From a virus (Duplodnaviria; Caudoviricetes), in IMG/VR virus record IMGVR_UViG_3300031998_000004: a stretch of DNA of 64,000 nt. One strand, 5' to 3'. Shown here one piece after another: positions 55,558-64,000 of this stretch (within the stretch, counting starts at the first letter, position 1; each line of letters begins with the position of its first letter). The notes under the pieces are model-generated. The model was not told where the DNA came from. It ran no database searches and saw only the letters and a program-made list of their open reading frames with translations. Position numbers and translations under genes: made by a program.

Positions 55558-56130
55558 ATGAGCATATTTAATACATCACCCACACAAGGACTCAAGGTAA
55601 GAGAAATATATGAGATAGACGCAAAAGAATCTCGAGCATTGGTTTCTCAAACAACCACATCGGTATTATATAATTACTTCGAACCAACATATGAAAGAGC
55701 ATTTAATTTGTGCTGGGTGACAAACGCTGGATATCATTTCTGGGGTGAATACAAAAATCAACATTGGGAAGGACTTGGATATAATGAATTTCTGAGTAAA
55801 GCTTTGAGAGCATTCGGTGAGTGTGAGATTGGAGGACTATCTAACCTCAATTCTCAACTTGAGTCTCTCTGTGACGAACCGGTGTTCCGAGTTGATATAA
55901 TACATGATTTTATGAAGTCTACATCGTCGGGACAAATAATAAATTATCCAATGAAGGGATCGAAGAAGCACCCCATCATACTCACCTTCCCTTGGATAGA
56001 TAGTAATCTTGTTGAACGACACCCATGGGCAATACTTTACGTGTATAACAACCAAAAAGAAACGATACACGTTGCTGCAGTTCCACTCATTCCAAAAAAG
56101 GGCATGGAGGATGTGTTTAACGCGCTATAA
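55558..56130 (+). CDS. Hypothetical protein starting MSIFN
   Basis: 190 aa; start resembles the MSLFD variant. Confidence 0.55.
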   Translation: MSIFNTSPTQGLKVREIYEIDAKESRALVSQTTTSVLYNYFEPTYERAFNLCWVTNAGYHFWGEYKNQHWEGLGYNEFLSKALRAFGECEIGGLSNLNSQLESLCDEPVFRVDIIHDFMKSTSSGQIINYPMKGSKKHPIILTFPWIDSNLVERHPWAILYVYNNQKETIHVAAVPLIPKKGMEDVFNAL

Positions 56131-56207
56131 ACTCTTGTATAATCGAGATAAAATAAAAGGATGACCATTAGTCATCCTTAAATTTTTCATTCAAATATGA
56201 AGAGTTA

Positions 56208-56981
56208 TTAGTCTCCTACGTACTCACCACTCCGTTTGCTAGCATAGTATCCTGCTATTCCTCGGCTGGTTGCTTCGTGACTGCTTGCGAAGTTCTGTAA
56301 TCTCTTGTCTGTCTGTAAATAAGAAAGAAAATCTTTAAGTTTCTTTTTATCGTACTTTGCAATGAGTCTTATCGTGAAACTCGGAACCGGAACACCAGCA
56401 CCTCTTCCCTCGTACTCAACCACCTCACATCCGGTTCCCGACATACAATCCCAAAGTTTACGACGAAGTACTGTCATGTCTTCTGCAGGGAGGTTATTGT
56501 ATCCGTTGCCGTATTGAGAATCCTTAAAGTACACCCCTATCATACTAGGAGAGACAGTGTAGTTATAGTTATCTTCACGGAACTGTTTTGCAGTACCGGT
56601 TGTAAGCTTGAGTTTGGTTGTTCCAACTCGCACAGCACCACCAAGGCCGGATTCCTTATCACATCCACTTATCCACTCCCCATTGACCCCGATCCTACTG
56701 AGTTCAGCAAGGACTGCTTCGAGTAACTTATTGTCATTCTTTTCGATGTACAACACCATTTCTATCATAGAAGAACAAACAATATTTCTTCTCTTGGGGT
56801 TGTCTTTGAACCAGTCATCGACCATTTTTAAGATGTTCTCTTTAGCGACCCCGTTGGCGAGTTCGGACATAATACTTTCCAGTTTACTATCACCAACCGA
56901 TAGAGGGGCTGATTTAAGATCGTACTCAGGGACAATCACTTTGACTTCCCGAGGATTGACATATTCGTATAATGGTCTCAT
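56208..56981 (-). CDS. Hypothetical protein with leader-like start
   Basis: MRPLYEYV; C-terminal YY..K..G.YVGD. Confidence 0.6.
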   Translation of the reverse strand: MRPLYEYVNPREVKVIVPEYDLKSAPLSVGDSKLESIMSELANGVAKENILKMVDDWFKDNPKRRNIVCSSMIEMVLYIEKNDNKLLEAVLAELSRIGVNGEWISGCDKESGLGGAVRVGTTKLKLTTGTAKQFREDNYNYTVSPSMIGVYFKDSQYGNGYNNLPAEDMTVLRRKLWDCMSGTGCEVVEYEGRGAGVPVPSFTIRLIAKYDKKKLKDFLSYLQTDKRLQNFASSHEATSRGIAGYYASKRSGEYVGD

Positions 56982-57011
56982 GATTTTAATTATTAAATTT
57001 TCCCTGAATCT

Positions 57012-58655
57012 TTAGAATCCAAAATTCTTTAATTTTTTATCTGCAGTCTCTATAGCATCTTTAAGTCTCTTTGTTGCGCCTTCGAGATTTCTGTAATCAT
57101 AATCCTCTGGTTTTGTTTTATAACTATTTCCAAAGCATGATAAGTAGGCATCCATAAAACATTTGAAAATATACATCAATCCGTTATCTCCATAGTATGC
57201 GGGGCCACTATCGTGTTTCCATGATTTATAGCTGGGATTACTCCTCTTTTCATCTCTTAACCATGTAAAGAATCTTTCAACATCATACTTATTAAATGCT
57301 TTGGGGTCTTTGGTAATAGCACGAGTGAATTTGAATACTCTTGTATTGATTTGTTCGTATTCATCAATGACCTTATCGTATCCTTCAGCTTCGTCATTCT
57401 TTTTTCTCTCAAGACGGATTTGAGCAACCATGTCCTTATATCTCTTCATGTTTGCAGCAGCAATAGCTTTATACTGTTCGACATCACCAGGATTAATAAC
57501 ACCAGCTTGAGCATCCGCCCTATTTTTTCTGATATTCCAACGCTCGTCGTTACCAGTACCGGTGTCCTTACCAGTATTTAATACTACAACAGTATAGCCA
57601 CTTCCGTAATTAAGAATCCGGTCGCGAGCTTCAGACTTACCATAGTAGCGTGTATCTATCTTATTTGAATAACTTCCCTTATGGGGAATATTTACCCAAA
57701 CAATCGACCAACCACTTCCACGAAGTTTAGCCTGTTCACCAAATCCACCAATAAACTCACCAAGGTCTTCGTTATAAACCAAGAATATATCGCCACCATC
57801 AGCGTCTCCGGAACTGTATGCGCTATAGAATGCCTTACCAAGAGTCTTTTTATCTTTCTCATCACTCATGTCATAAACATCAATATCATCATTAGTGATT
57901 TTGTCAAGAAGTCTTCCCGAGCCCGAGAAACCACTGGATCTAGAGTGATTTCTGATTAAGTTATCTAATTTATTATACTTCTGTTTGGAATCATCTTCCC
58001 ATGACCATTCCTTATAAGGGTACTTCTTAAGCTGTGCAGCAAGACGTTGCAACCACTGATTGTTAAGTGTTTCATTTACAACACCTTCAACCACATCAGC
58101 CTCGATTTCGTCCTCTCCACAGAAGACTTTCTTTATAACATGGACCTTTTCTTTCAACTGGTCTACTGTATACTTCTTTCCGTTTCCGCTCCAATATATA
58201 TTACCAAACACAGTATCTATCCCTTTACAATCCTTCAACTTCTTACAGTTAGTTACAGAGAGGTCTCCTTTTATGAGTTCGGGAATACCAACAAGGGAAA
58301 CGAGAGCCGGACATTGATTGATAGTGAGACTCCCATCGAATATAGCGAATTTCTCAAGGAAAGAACCTTCAAATCCTGTGAGTTTTGGACAGTTCTCAAT
58401 AATCAACTTACCATGGAAGTCTTTAATATTGATATTAAGAGTTTCTGATTGTACCCCACTTATAATCAACTTTCCATTAACTCTACAGCTACCATCTTTG
58501 AAGAACACAGTATTAAAGGAACCCTTACATGTATCCAAGAACATCTTTGTTGTGTCCTTTGCAATTCCTTTCTCGAGTCTATCTCCGCCTTCAAAATCAA
58601 ACATCCCTTCGGCAAGAGCTACTATATTTCGCGATATTTCTTTTAACGATCTCAT
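57012..58655 (-). CDS. Leader-family protein with leucine-rich-repeat-like N-terminal domain
   Basis: MRSLKE..LAEGMFD; repeats L.I.NCPKL..EG, L.INQCPALVSL.G.P..I.G.L.V.NC. Confidence 0.6.
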   Translation of the reverse strand: MRSLKEISRNIVALAEGMFDFEGGDRLEKGIAKDTTKMFLDTCKGSFNTVFFKDGSCRVNGKLIISGVQSETLNINIKDFHGKLIIENCPKLTGFEGSFLEKFAIFDGSLTINQCPALVSLVGIPELIKGDLSVTNCKKLKDCKGIDTVFGNIYWSGNGKKYTVDQLKEKVHVIKKVFCGEDEIEADVVEGVVNETLNNQWLQRLAAQLKKYPYKEWSWEDDSKQKYNKLDNLIRNHSRSSGFSGSGRLLDKITNDDIDVYDMSDEKDKKTLGKAFYSAYSSGDADGGDIFLVYNEDLGEFIGGFGEQAKLRGSGWSIVWVNIPHKGSYSNKIDTRYYGKSEARDRILNYGSGYTVVVLNTGKDTGTGNDERWNIRKNRADAQAGVINPGDVEQYKAIAAANMKRYKDMVAQIRLERKKNDEAEGYDKVIDEYEQINTRVFKFTRAITKDPKAFNKYDVERFFTWLRDEKRSNPSYKSWKHDSGPAYYGDNGLMYIFKCFMDAYLSCFGNSYKTKPEDYDYRNLEGATKRLKDAIETADKKLKNFGF

Positions 58656-58664
58656 ATCTTAAGT

Positions 58665-58907
58665 TTATCTATTTTTCCAATGTATATCTTTAAAGTGTTT
58701 TAATTCATCTATATATTTGAGTAAGAATACAATAGAAGATTCGTAAAATTTGAGTACAAATTGGAGGACGGGATTATCTGTCTCTGCGAGCGGCTTTGAT
58801 ATTATATGTCCAACCAACCCTTCTCTTTCGTAATCATAAGGTGGTTGTTTGATTATCTCCCAAAGCTTATAATCTTTAAATGCTTCTCCGTTTGGTTGTT
58901 GCGTCAT
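58665..58907 (-). CDS. Hypothetical protein
   Basis: 80 aa in structural operon. Confidence 0.55.
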   Translation of the reverse strand: MTQQPNGEAFKDYKLWEIIKQPPYDYEREGLVGHIISKPLAETDNPVLQFVLKFYESSIVFLLKYIDELKHFKDIHWKNR

Positions 58908-58911
58908 ACTC

Positions 58912-59655
58912 TTAATTAGATGTTATACTTACATGCTCCGATTTCACAGGGTCTATTTTTGGTTGTAGGTTAGTAGCCATTGCTTGAAACGCGGGTACCA
59001 GGTTTGCCGTATATGGATTTGCAGATGCTGCATTAGTAAGCGTGGTTTTGATTTGATTTAATAATTCATCAGCCCACTCTTTCCACTTACTAAATAACAT
59101 CGCATTATCTTCGGCTTGCCCTTCTGTTCCCAACGCAATACTATCCTCACATATATCAATAATACGCTTATCAAAGTTAGTTTTAAGAAGAATACTACCG
59201 TCAGCTCTAATATTGATTAATCCATCTTCATCCTTCTTCATCATCCAGCCATCATCGTTATCGAAGTATAGAATAGCCCATTTGGAATCCTCAAACTCGC
59301 GATTAACAACTACTTCAAGATTTTGGGTCTCATCCGTAAGCGGGAGGCCTTGCATGTTTTCTGGTAGAGATTCTTCTGCAATCCAATCATCTTTTCTTAC
59401 CCAATACAGTTGCATAGAGTTGTCCTCAAATGACATCACCCAAATCTGTTCATCAACCTTCGGACAAGAATAACTATTTGAATGATGACCAAACGGCCAA
59501 GGGTAAATAGGTGGAAGAAGAGTAGTGTCTATTGGGTTTCCTTCGGAGTCGACATCAGGAAAAAGACCGGGTGCGGAGACTTTAATAGTTCCGTTTCCAT
59601 CTTCTACTATTTCTAAAACCTTTGCGGGTCTGATAGTGGCTGACATCAATTTCAT
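58912..59655 (-). CDS. Baseplate spike/hub, gp5/gpV OB-fold-like
   Basis: AKV....D..GTIKV.APGL, LPPIYP, CPKVDEQIWV.F. Confidence 0.65.
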   Translation of the reverse strand: MKLMSATIRPAKVLEIVEDGNGTIKVSAPGLFPDVDSEGNPIDTTLLPPIYPWPFGHHSNSYSCPKVDEQIWVMSFEDNSMQLYWVRKDDWIAEESLPENMQGLPLTDETQNLEVVVNREFEDSKWAILYFDNDDGWMMKKDEDGLINIRADGSILLKTNFDKRIIDICEDSIALGTEGQAEDNAMLFSKWKEWADELLNQIKTTLTNAASANPYTANLVPAFQAMATNLQPKIDPVKSEHVSITSN

Positions 59656-59666
59656 ATTACGCTAAA

Positions 59667-60455
59667 TTATATTTTAACACCAGATACAATCATATCGCCA
59701 GAGACATTTGCTTGATAAGCTGGATTGGTTGGATCAGTAGAATCAATGTCTTTAACCCCATCATATGCGAGATTTGCGATTACATCATTAGTCGATACAA
59801 TTGTTCTTGGTTCCCACACGGGAAAATTAGTTTCTACCTCAAGGGAAATCTCTGTTGTTCTTAATTTATTGTCTTGTGTAGTTCCGTCGAGTTCTGCTGT
59901 GTACTCATCATCAATTGACGTGGGTATAGTATAGGAACAACGAATAGCTTGTCCCATATAAGACACAACATATGTTTGGACAAATGCTAATTTAGATATG
60001 ATGTTCTGAGAAAGACTCATCAAATCACCCCAACTATCAACATAGTATTTGCACGTTACTGATATTTTAATAGGTATTCTTCTAAACTCACCAGATAATG
60101 TATATATAGCGTCATCGGATTCATATTGTAGTTGTCCTTGTGTATATGGGCTGGTTAACTGGTCTGGTTCTATGTTTAGACCTTTAATAGTAACAAGGCA
60201 CCGAGGCACCGAGTTATATACATAATCTTCATTAGATATCTCAAGTGGCTCAATCTTTGCATTTTGTCCTTTAACACTTAAGTACATCGTATCGTCACCG
60301 GTGTGAATTATGAAATGAGGAATTTTACCATTACGAACTGCAAGTTGCTCGTTGAGCTTTAATAGAAGTCCTTTTATGACTATAGGGAAAAAGAGAGATT
60401 GATTGTTTATATCAATCTCCCCTCTTCTGATACTATTTACGATTTCATTTGGCAT
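59667..60455 (-). CDS. Tail completion/terminator protein, gp15-like
   Basis: KIPH, VPRC, RIPIKIS, D....QNII, L.VETNFP. Confidence 0.5.
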   Translation of the reverse strand: MPNEIVNSIRRGEIDINNQSLFFPIVIKGLLLKLNEQLAVRNGKIPHFIIHTGDDTMYLSVKGQNAKIEPLEISNEDYVYNSVPRCLVTIKGLNIEPDQLTSPYTQGQLQYESDDAIYTLSGEFRRIPIKISVTCKYYVDSWGDLMSLSQNIISKLAFVQTYVVSYMGQAIRCSYTIPTSIDDEYTAELDGTTQDNKLRTTEISLEVETNFPVWEPRTIVSTNDVIANLAYDGVKDIDSTDPTNPAYQANVSGDMIVSGVKI

Positions 60456-60468
60456 TTGTTTTTAACGA

Positions 60469-63400
60469 TTATCCGATTATCGGATTATATTTATCTGCAT
60501 TTACTCCAACAGAAGATATAAGTTTATCAACAACAGTAGCTTCGTATTTTGTAGTAATATTAAGAGTATAATTAATAGGATCCGAATATAATGAGTTTCT
60601 TATATCAAACGATATTGTTTTTGTAACGGAATCACTAGCATCGTCGTATATATATTCAACCATGACTGGAATTATGTATTCTTCCCCTGGATTTATAATC
60701 ATATATTTATTTGCATCCTTAGTGGTCATCTTCAATCCGTTTGTTTTTGTAGAAACCGGATAAACCCACATTCCTGGATCCGGAGAATCCTCAGCTGAAT
60801 GCATATTATCTTCATCAAGAGATAATTTAGAGGTCATCAATTGTACTCCACTCGCATAATATTCGGAATGATTATATGGATTATTAATTCTGAATGTTAT
60901 AATCTGATTAGCTGTTTGTAAAACGTATTCTCCATCGGAATTGAGATAATAAATACCTTTTGCAACATCTTCAGGATCGTCATCACCAGCAGAATAATTT
61001 TTTACATCAAATGCGGTAGGAGATAATCTATTTATTATCTCATCATTAGATGCTGGGAATAACGAGAATATCTTTAATGCGTGTGATGTTTTGTTGGTTA
61101 ATCTTATACCACATAAGATACTAACCAGACCATCACTATCAATATTATAGTTTCCAGAAACACCAGGGGTTCCGGTTGGTAATTCTGAATATCCCTTTAA
61201 TGTAACGTTTCCTGGTTCGAATGGAGATAAGGCAACAGAAGACTCATCAAAATCAAAATTAACACCAAGAGATTCAGCAAACGTACCTTCAACTTCGTCT
61301 TTAAGCAAGGTAAGTATATTATCCATCTCTTTTAGTTTATCTTCAAGTGGTATAATACGTCTTTCTGCCGTGTAGAAGCCGCTAGCTATATTCTTCGGTT
61401 TATGGAAGTACACCACGTCCTGGTCTTGAATAAAGTCATCCACGTGAGATGTTATACCATTATCTCGTAATATTCCTTCGAAGCGATTTGTTTCGATATC
61501 GTTATTGTTTTCTTTTATGATATCAACTACTGAAATATTTTGTAAGAACTCTATCGGAAATTCAAATGTAACCACATCGGACCAATCCGAAGTTATTTGG
61601 ATAAACGGATATCCAAAATCATATATAACCTTTAATTTCACATCAACATCTTCGCCTTGTGTGATAGGGATATCTATCTGGTTAAATGAAGGGGTGTTGG
61701 AATTCGAGTTATTATCTTCTGCAATATACTCACCATCTTTATATACTCGTGGGCGAAGAGGGGTATATAACTGGTTCCAACTAGAAAATACATAAGATTC
61801 GTCGGATTGAGTTCCCGGAATGTTGTTGCTTTCCTTTTTAAAATATGTTACTGCATTTGAGTTCTCTAATTGAGGATTCCTATATTGATATTGTACACAT
61901 ATTCCTTTAATATTCTTTTCGGAAACCCCAACACTCTCAGCGAAACTTACGAAATCGAAGAATCCGCGGATTCTATATTTTTCTTCTTCTATAGGAATAA
62001 TAGAATCGTTTGCAATTAATGCGATTTGGTTGGATGTTTTTAATAGAGAATCAATTATGCTATTTTTTTGCTTGATGTAATTATTTATTTGATTTTCTAT
62101 TTCATCACGGATTCCTGTTGTATCTTGGAAATCGATCGTAGCCAATTGTTTTTGTAGAGATACTAATGAAGTTTGTATTTCTGTCAATTTAGCATTTTCT
62201 TCATTCTTCTGACTATATAGAGAACGGATATTTTTAATGGTATCTGAATCATTTAGATGCTTGTTTATATGAACTACTTTGATAATATCAGGATCGATGA
62301 CTGGTTTGGCGGACATGTATCCATTTATCTCATCTTTTGTATGATCCGAAATAGTATTATCCTTCATTACTATAGATATCTCGTTTAATATATCACCGAT
62401 ATTTCTACAGTTCTTATAGTATGCCTGGAACGAATCGTCTTCTCCTACTTCAGCATCATTTCTTTTTAATTTATATACATCAACCAATACACCACTTCCC
62501 CAAGCGGCTCTAATATTCATCCTATCATTCATTGGTGCTATGGCTATATATACATACTGATCTTCTTCAAGAGGAACCTTCACCGTATTATTAAGACTAT
62601 ATGCATCCATCGATGTGAAGAATTTCATTACTGAAGATTCCTCAATGGTTCCCGATCCTGGATAAGCAGATAGATTTATATAGTTACCATACATTATTCT
62701 TAATTTAATAAGATTAGTATTGGTATTGATTTCCTCAATTTGGAATTTTGTACATCCATCTCCCGAAACCAGATAATTACCAACAGCAAGGGGTTTTTCT
62801 ATAGTCTGGTCAAATAGTAAATATGATAGATTCTTTTGATATCCGTCAATATTATTTGCAAAAACCAATTCAACATGTTGATCGAGATTTTCGTCAGTAT
62901 AGTCGTCCTTAATCTCTTTAATTACATACTTACCTTCTCCCACTCCGTTTTTGATAGGGAGCTTTGATGTAGTATCGTATAATACATAATCTTCATCTTC
63001 TATCATTCCATCCAGTAACTTATAGACATCTCCCCAAGATATGGTTTTTGATACATTATCTCCCAATAAAGTAGAGAATTTGTTTTTCATATTATCAGAA
63101 AGCGCAGCTACTTTACGAGTAACTGTTGATGTTATATCATTAGGTAAATTATTAAGATTAAATGATACGTATGGTATAGGGGTTAAGAAATCTTTGAGAA
63201 CATCATTATTTTCATGTTCAAATGTCAATGGACTATCCAATGAAACCGAAAGCGGGGGTTGTTCAAATTTTCTGACTTCAATAGTTCTACTATCCCCATC
63301 AAATACAAATGCAGCCTCTCCGGTTTCCGGTGAGTTAACTAAATTATCAAAATTGCTCTGAAGGGCATCTATTTTATTCTCTAATGATACAAACGAAGGA

Positions 63401-63537
63401 ATAGTGAATGATCCCTCATTAGTATCCACCACCACATAATCTTTATCCGCATAAAATGATTCGTTTAATGCTTTTAATAATTTAATATTAGCTGTTGTTA
63501 GTTCTGTAATTTGTTTTAAATAATCGGATATGCCCAT
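60469..63537 (-). CDS. Large virion (baseplate-like) protein
   Basis: 1022 aa with central coiled coil; heads the structural operon. Confidence 0.55.
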   Translation of the reverse strand: MGISDYLKQITELTTANIKLLKALNESFYADKDYVVVDTNEGSFTIPSFVSLENKIDALQSNFDNLVNSPETGEAAFVFDGDSRTIEVRKFEQPPLSVSLDSPLTFEHENNDVLKDFLTPIPYVSFNLNNLPNDITSTVTRKVAALSDNMKNKFSTLLGDNVSKTISWGDVYKLLDGMIEDEDYVLYDTTSKLPIKNGVGEGKYVIKEIKDDYTDENLDQHVELVFANNIDGYQKNLSYLLFDQTIEKPLAVGNYLVSGDGCTKFQIEEINTNTNLIKLRIMYGNYINLSAYPGSGTIEESSVMKFFTSMDAYSLNNTVKVPLEEDQYVYIAIAPMNDRMNIRAAWGSGVLVDVYKLKRNDAEVGEDDSFQAYYKNCRNIGDILNEISIVMKDNTISDHTKDEINGYMSAKPVIDPDIIKVVHINKHLNDSDTIKNIRSLYSQKNEENAKLTEIQTSLVSLQKQLATIDFQDTTGIRDEIENQINNYIKQKNSIIDSLLKTSNQIALIANDSIIPIEEEKYRIRGFFDFVSFAESVGVSEKNIKGICVQYQYRNPQLENSNAVTYFKKESNNIPGTQSDESYVFSSWNQLYTPLRPRVYKDGEYIAEDNNSNSNTPSFNQIDIPITQGEDVDVKLKVIYDFGYPFIQITSDWSDVVTFEFPIEFLQNISVVDIIKENNNDIETNRFEGILRDNGITSHVDDFIQDQDVVYFHKPKNIASGFYTAERRIIPLEDKLKEMDNILTLLKDEVEGTFAESLGVNFDFDESSVALSPFEPGNVTLKGYSELPTGTPGVSGNYNIDSDGLVSILCGIRLTNKTSHALKIFSLFPASNDEIINRLSPTAFDVKNYSAGDDDPEDVAKGIYYLNSDGEYVLQTANQIITFRINNPYNHSEYYASGVQLMTSKLSLDEDNMHSAEDSPDPGMWVYPVSTKTNGLKMTTKDANKYMIINPGEEYIIPVMVEYIYDDASDSVTKTISFDIRNSLYSDPINYTLNITTKYEATVVDKLISSVGVNADKYNPIIG

Positions 63538-63612
63538 ATTTAAAGAGATTTAATTTGCTTAAATAATAATTATAATTCAAATACTTTTATGGTATAACAT
63601 TATTATTTTTGC

Positions 63613-64000
63613 ATGGATATAGATATAAATAGTATCAAAAATTTAATAGACAATTCCAAACAGGGCGTCAGAATTAAATCTAATAGAGAGTATGTATTGG
63701 ATAAGCATGCTGCCAAGGATTTAAATTCTTATTTGTTTTTTGATCCGTTCTACGCATTTGCTGATTTATTTTCTGAAGAAAGTAATCCCCTTTTAGAGCC
63801 AAGCGAAGAGGATGAGCGAAAAAACGATGATAAGTATAAGGTTGGTAGAAAAGGAGTAAGATCCATATTTAATAAGTCTGGTGCGGTTCTCTTGGGTGGC
63901 GACAACACCGCCCCTAGTGTATTAGATGCATCTGAATGGAGAATATCTAATAATGTTCCTTTAATAGATACTGCAAGAAATAGGGCGCGTATCCGAGAAA
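63613..64000 (+). CDS. 5' part of a gene running off the window
   Basis: ATG at 63613 just after TATTATTT; open to window end (MDIDINSIKNL...). Confidence 0.65.
   Translation, partial: MDIDINSIKNLIDNSKQGVRIKSNREYVLDKHAAKDLNSYLFFDPFYAFADLFSEESNPLLEPSEEDERKNDDKYKVGRKGVRSIFNKSGAVLLGGDNTAPSVLDASEWRISNNVPLIDTARNRARIRE

Noticed and set aside
1-64000. Stop-codon reassignment (TAG or TGA) as in Lak or some crAss-like phages
   Set aside because: Core genes are full length in the standard code with dense packing; the single internal stop found is TAA
1-64000. tRNA/rRNA genes
   Set aside because: No cloverleaf or rRNA-like sequence recognised in the short intergenic gaps; not scanned computationally

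Overview
64-kb segment of a large T4-like (myovirus-type, probably jumbo) phage genome read in the standard genetic code, with a probable Bacteroidota host (inferred from the amidase, the DGR target fold and AT-rich, SD-less starts). It has scattered virion genes (gp23-like major capsid, gp21-like protease/scaffold fusion, gp13-like neck, gp15/gp26/gp51/gp53/gp5-like proteins, two fibre-like proteins), replication and nucleotide genes (primase-SF2 helicase fusion, SbcC/gp46, ATP ligase, dUTPase, dNMP kinase, NDK), a sigma-70-type factor and an amidase/holin pair. The clearest system is a complete diversity-generating retroelement at 3609-9326: RT, a 182-bp TR, Avd, an unannotated 49-aa ORF, a hairpin, and a 1160-aa target whose VR differs from TR at 18 positions, all TR adenines. 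Less familiar signals: (i) at least 12 otherwise dissimilar ORFs share an N-terminal MKSLxESLFD-type leader, including a 4-gene tandem array with 30-bp near-identical starts (candidate capsid-targeting cargo system); (ii) two covarying bulged RNA hairpins lie in tandem upstream of a TerD-like-domain gene; (iii) an operon encodes a RimK ligase/RimB-like protease fusion, and a second, CofE-like glutamate ligase lies elsewhere; (iv) a recurrent TATTATTT upstream motif accompanies a sigma factor with a remodelled region 2.3/2.4. All family assignments come from motif recognition by eye, with no database search.
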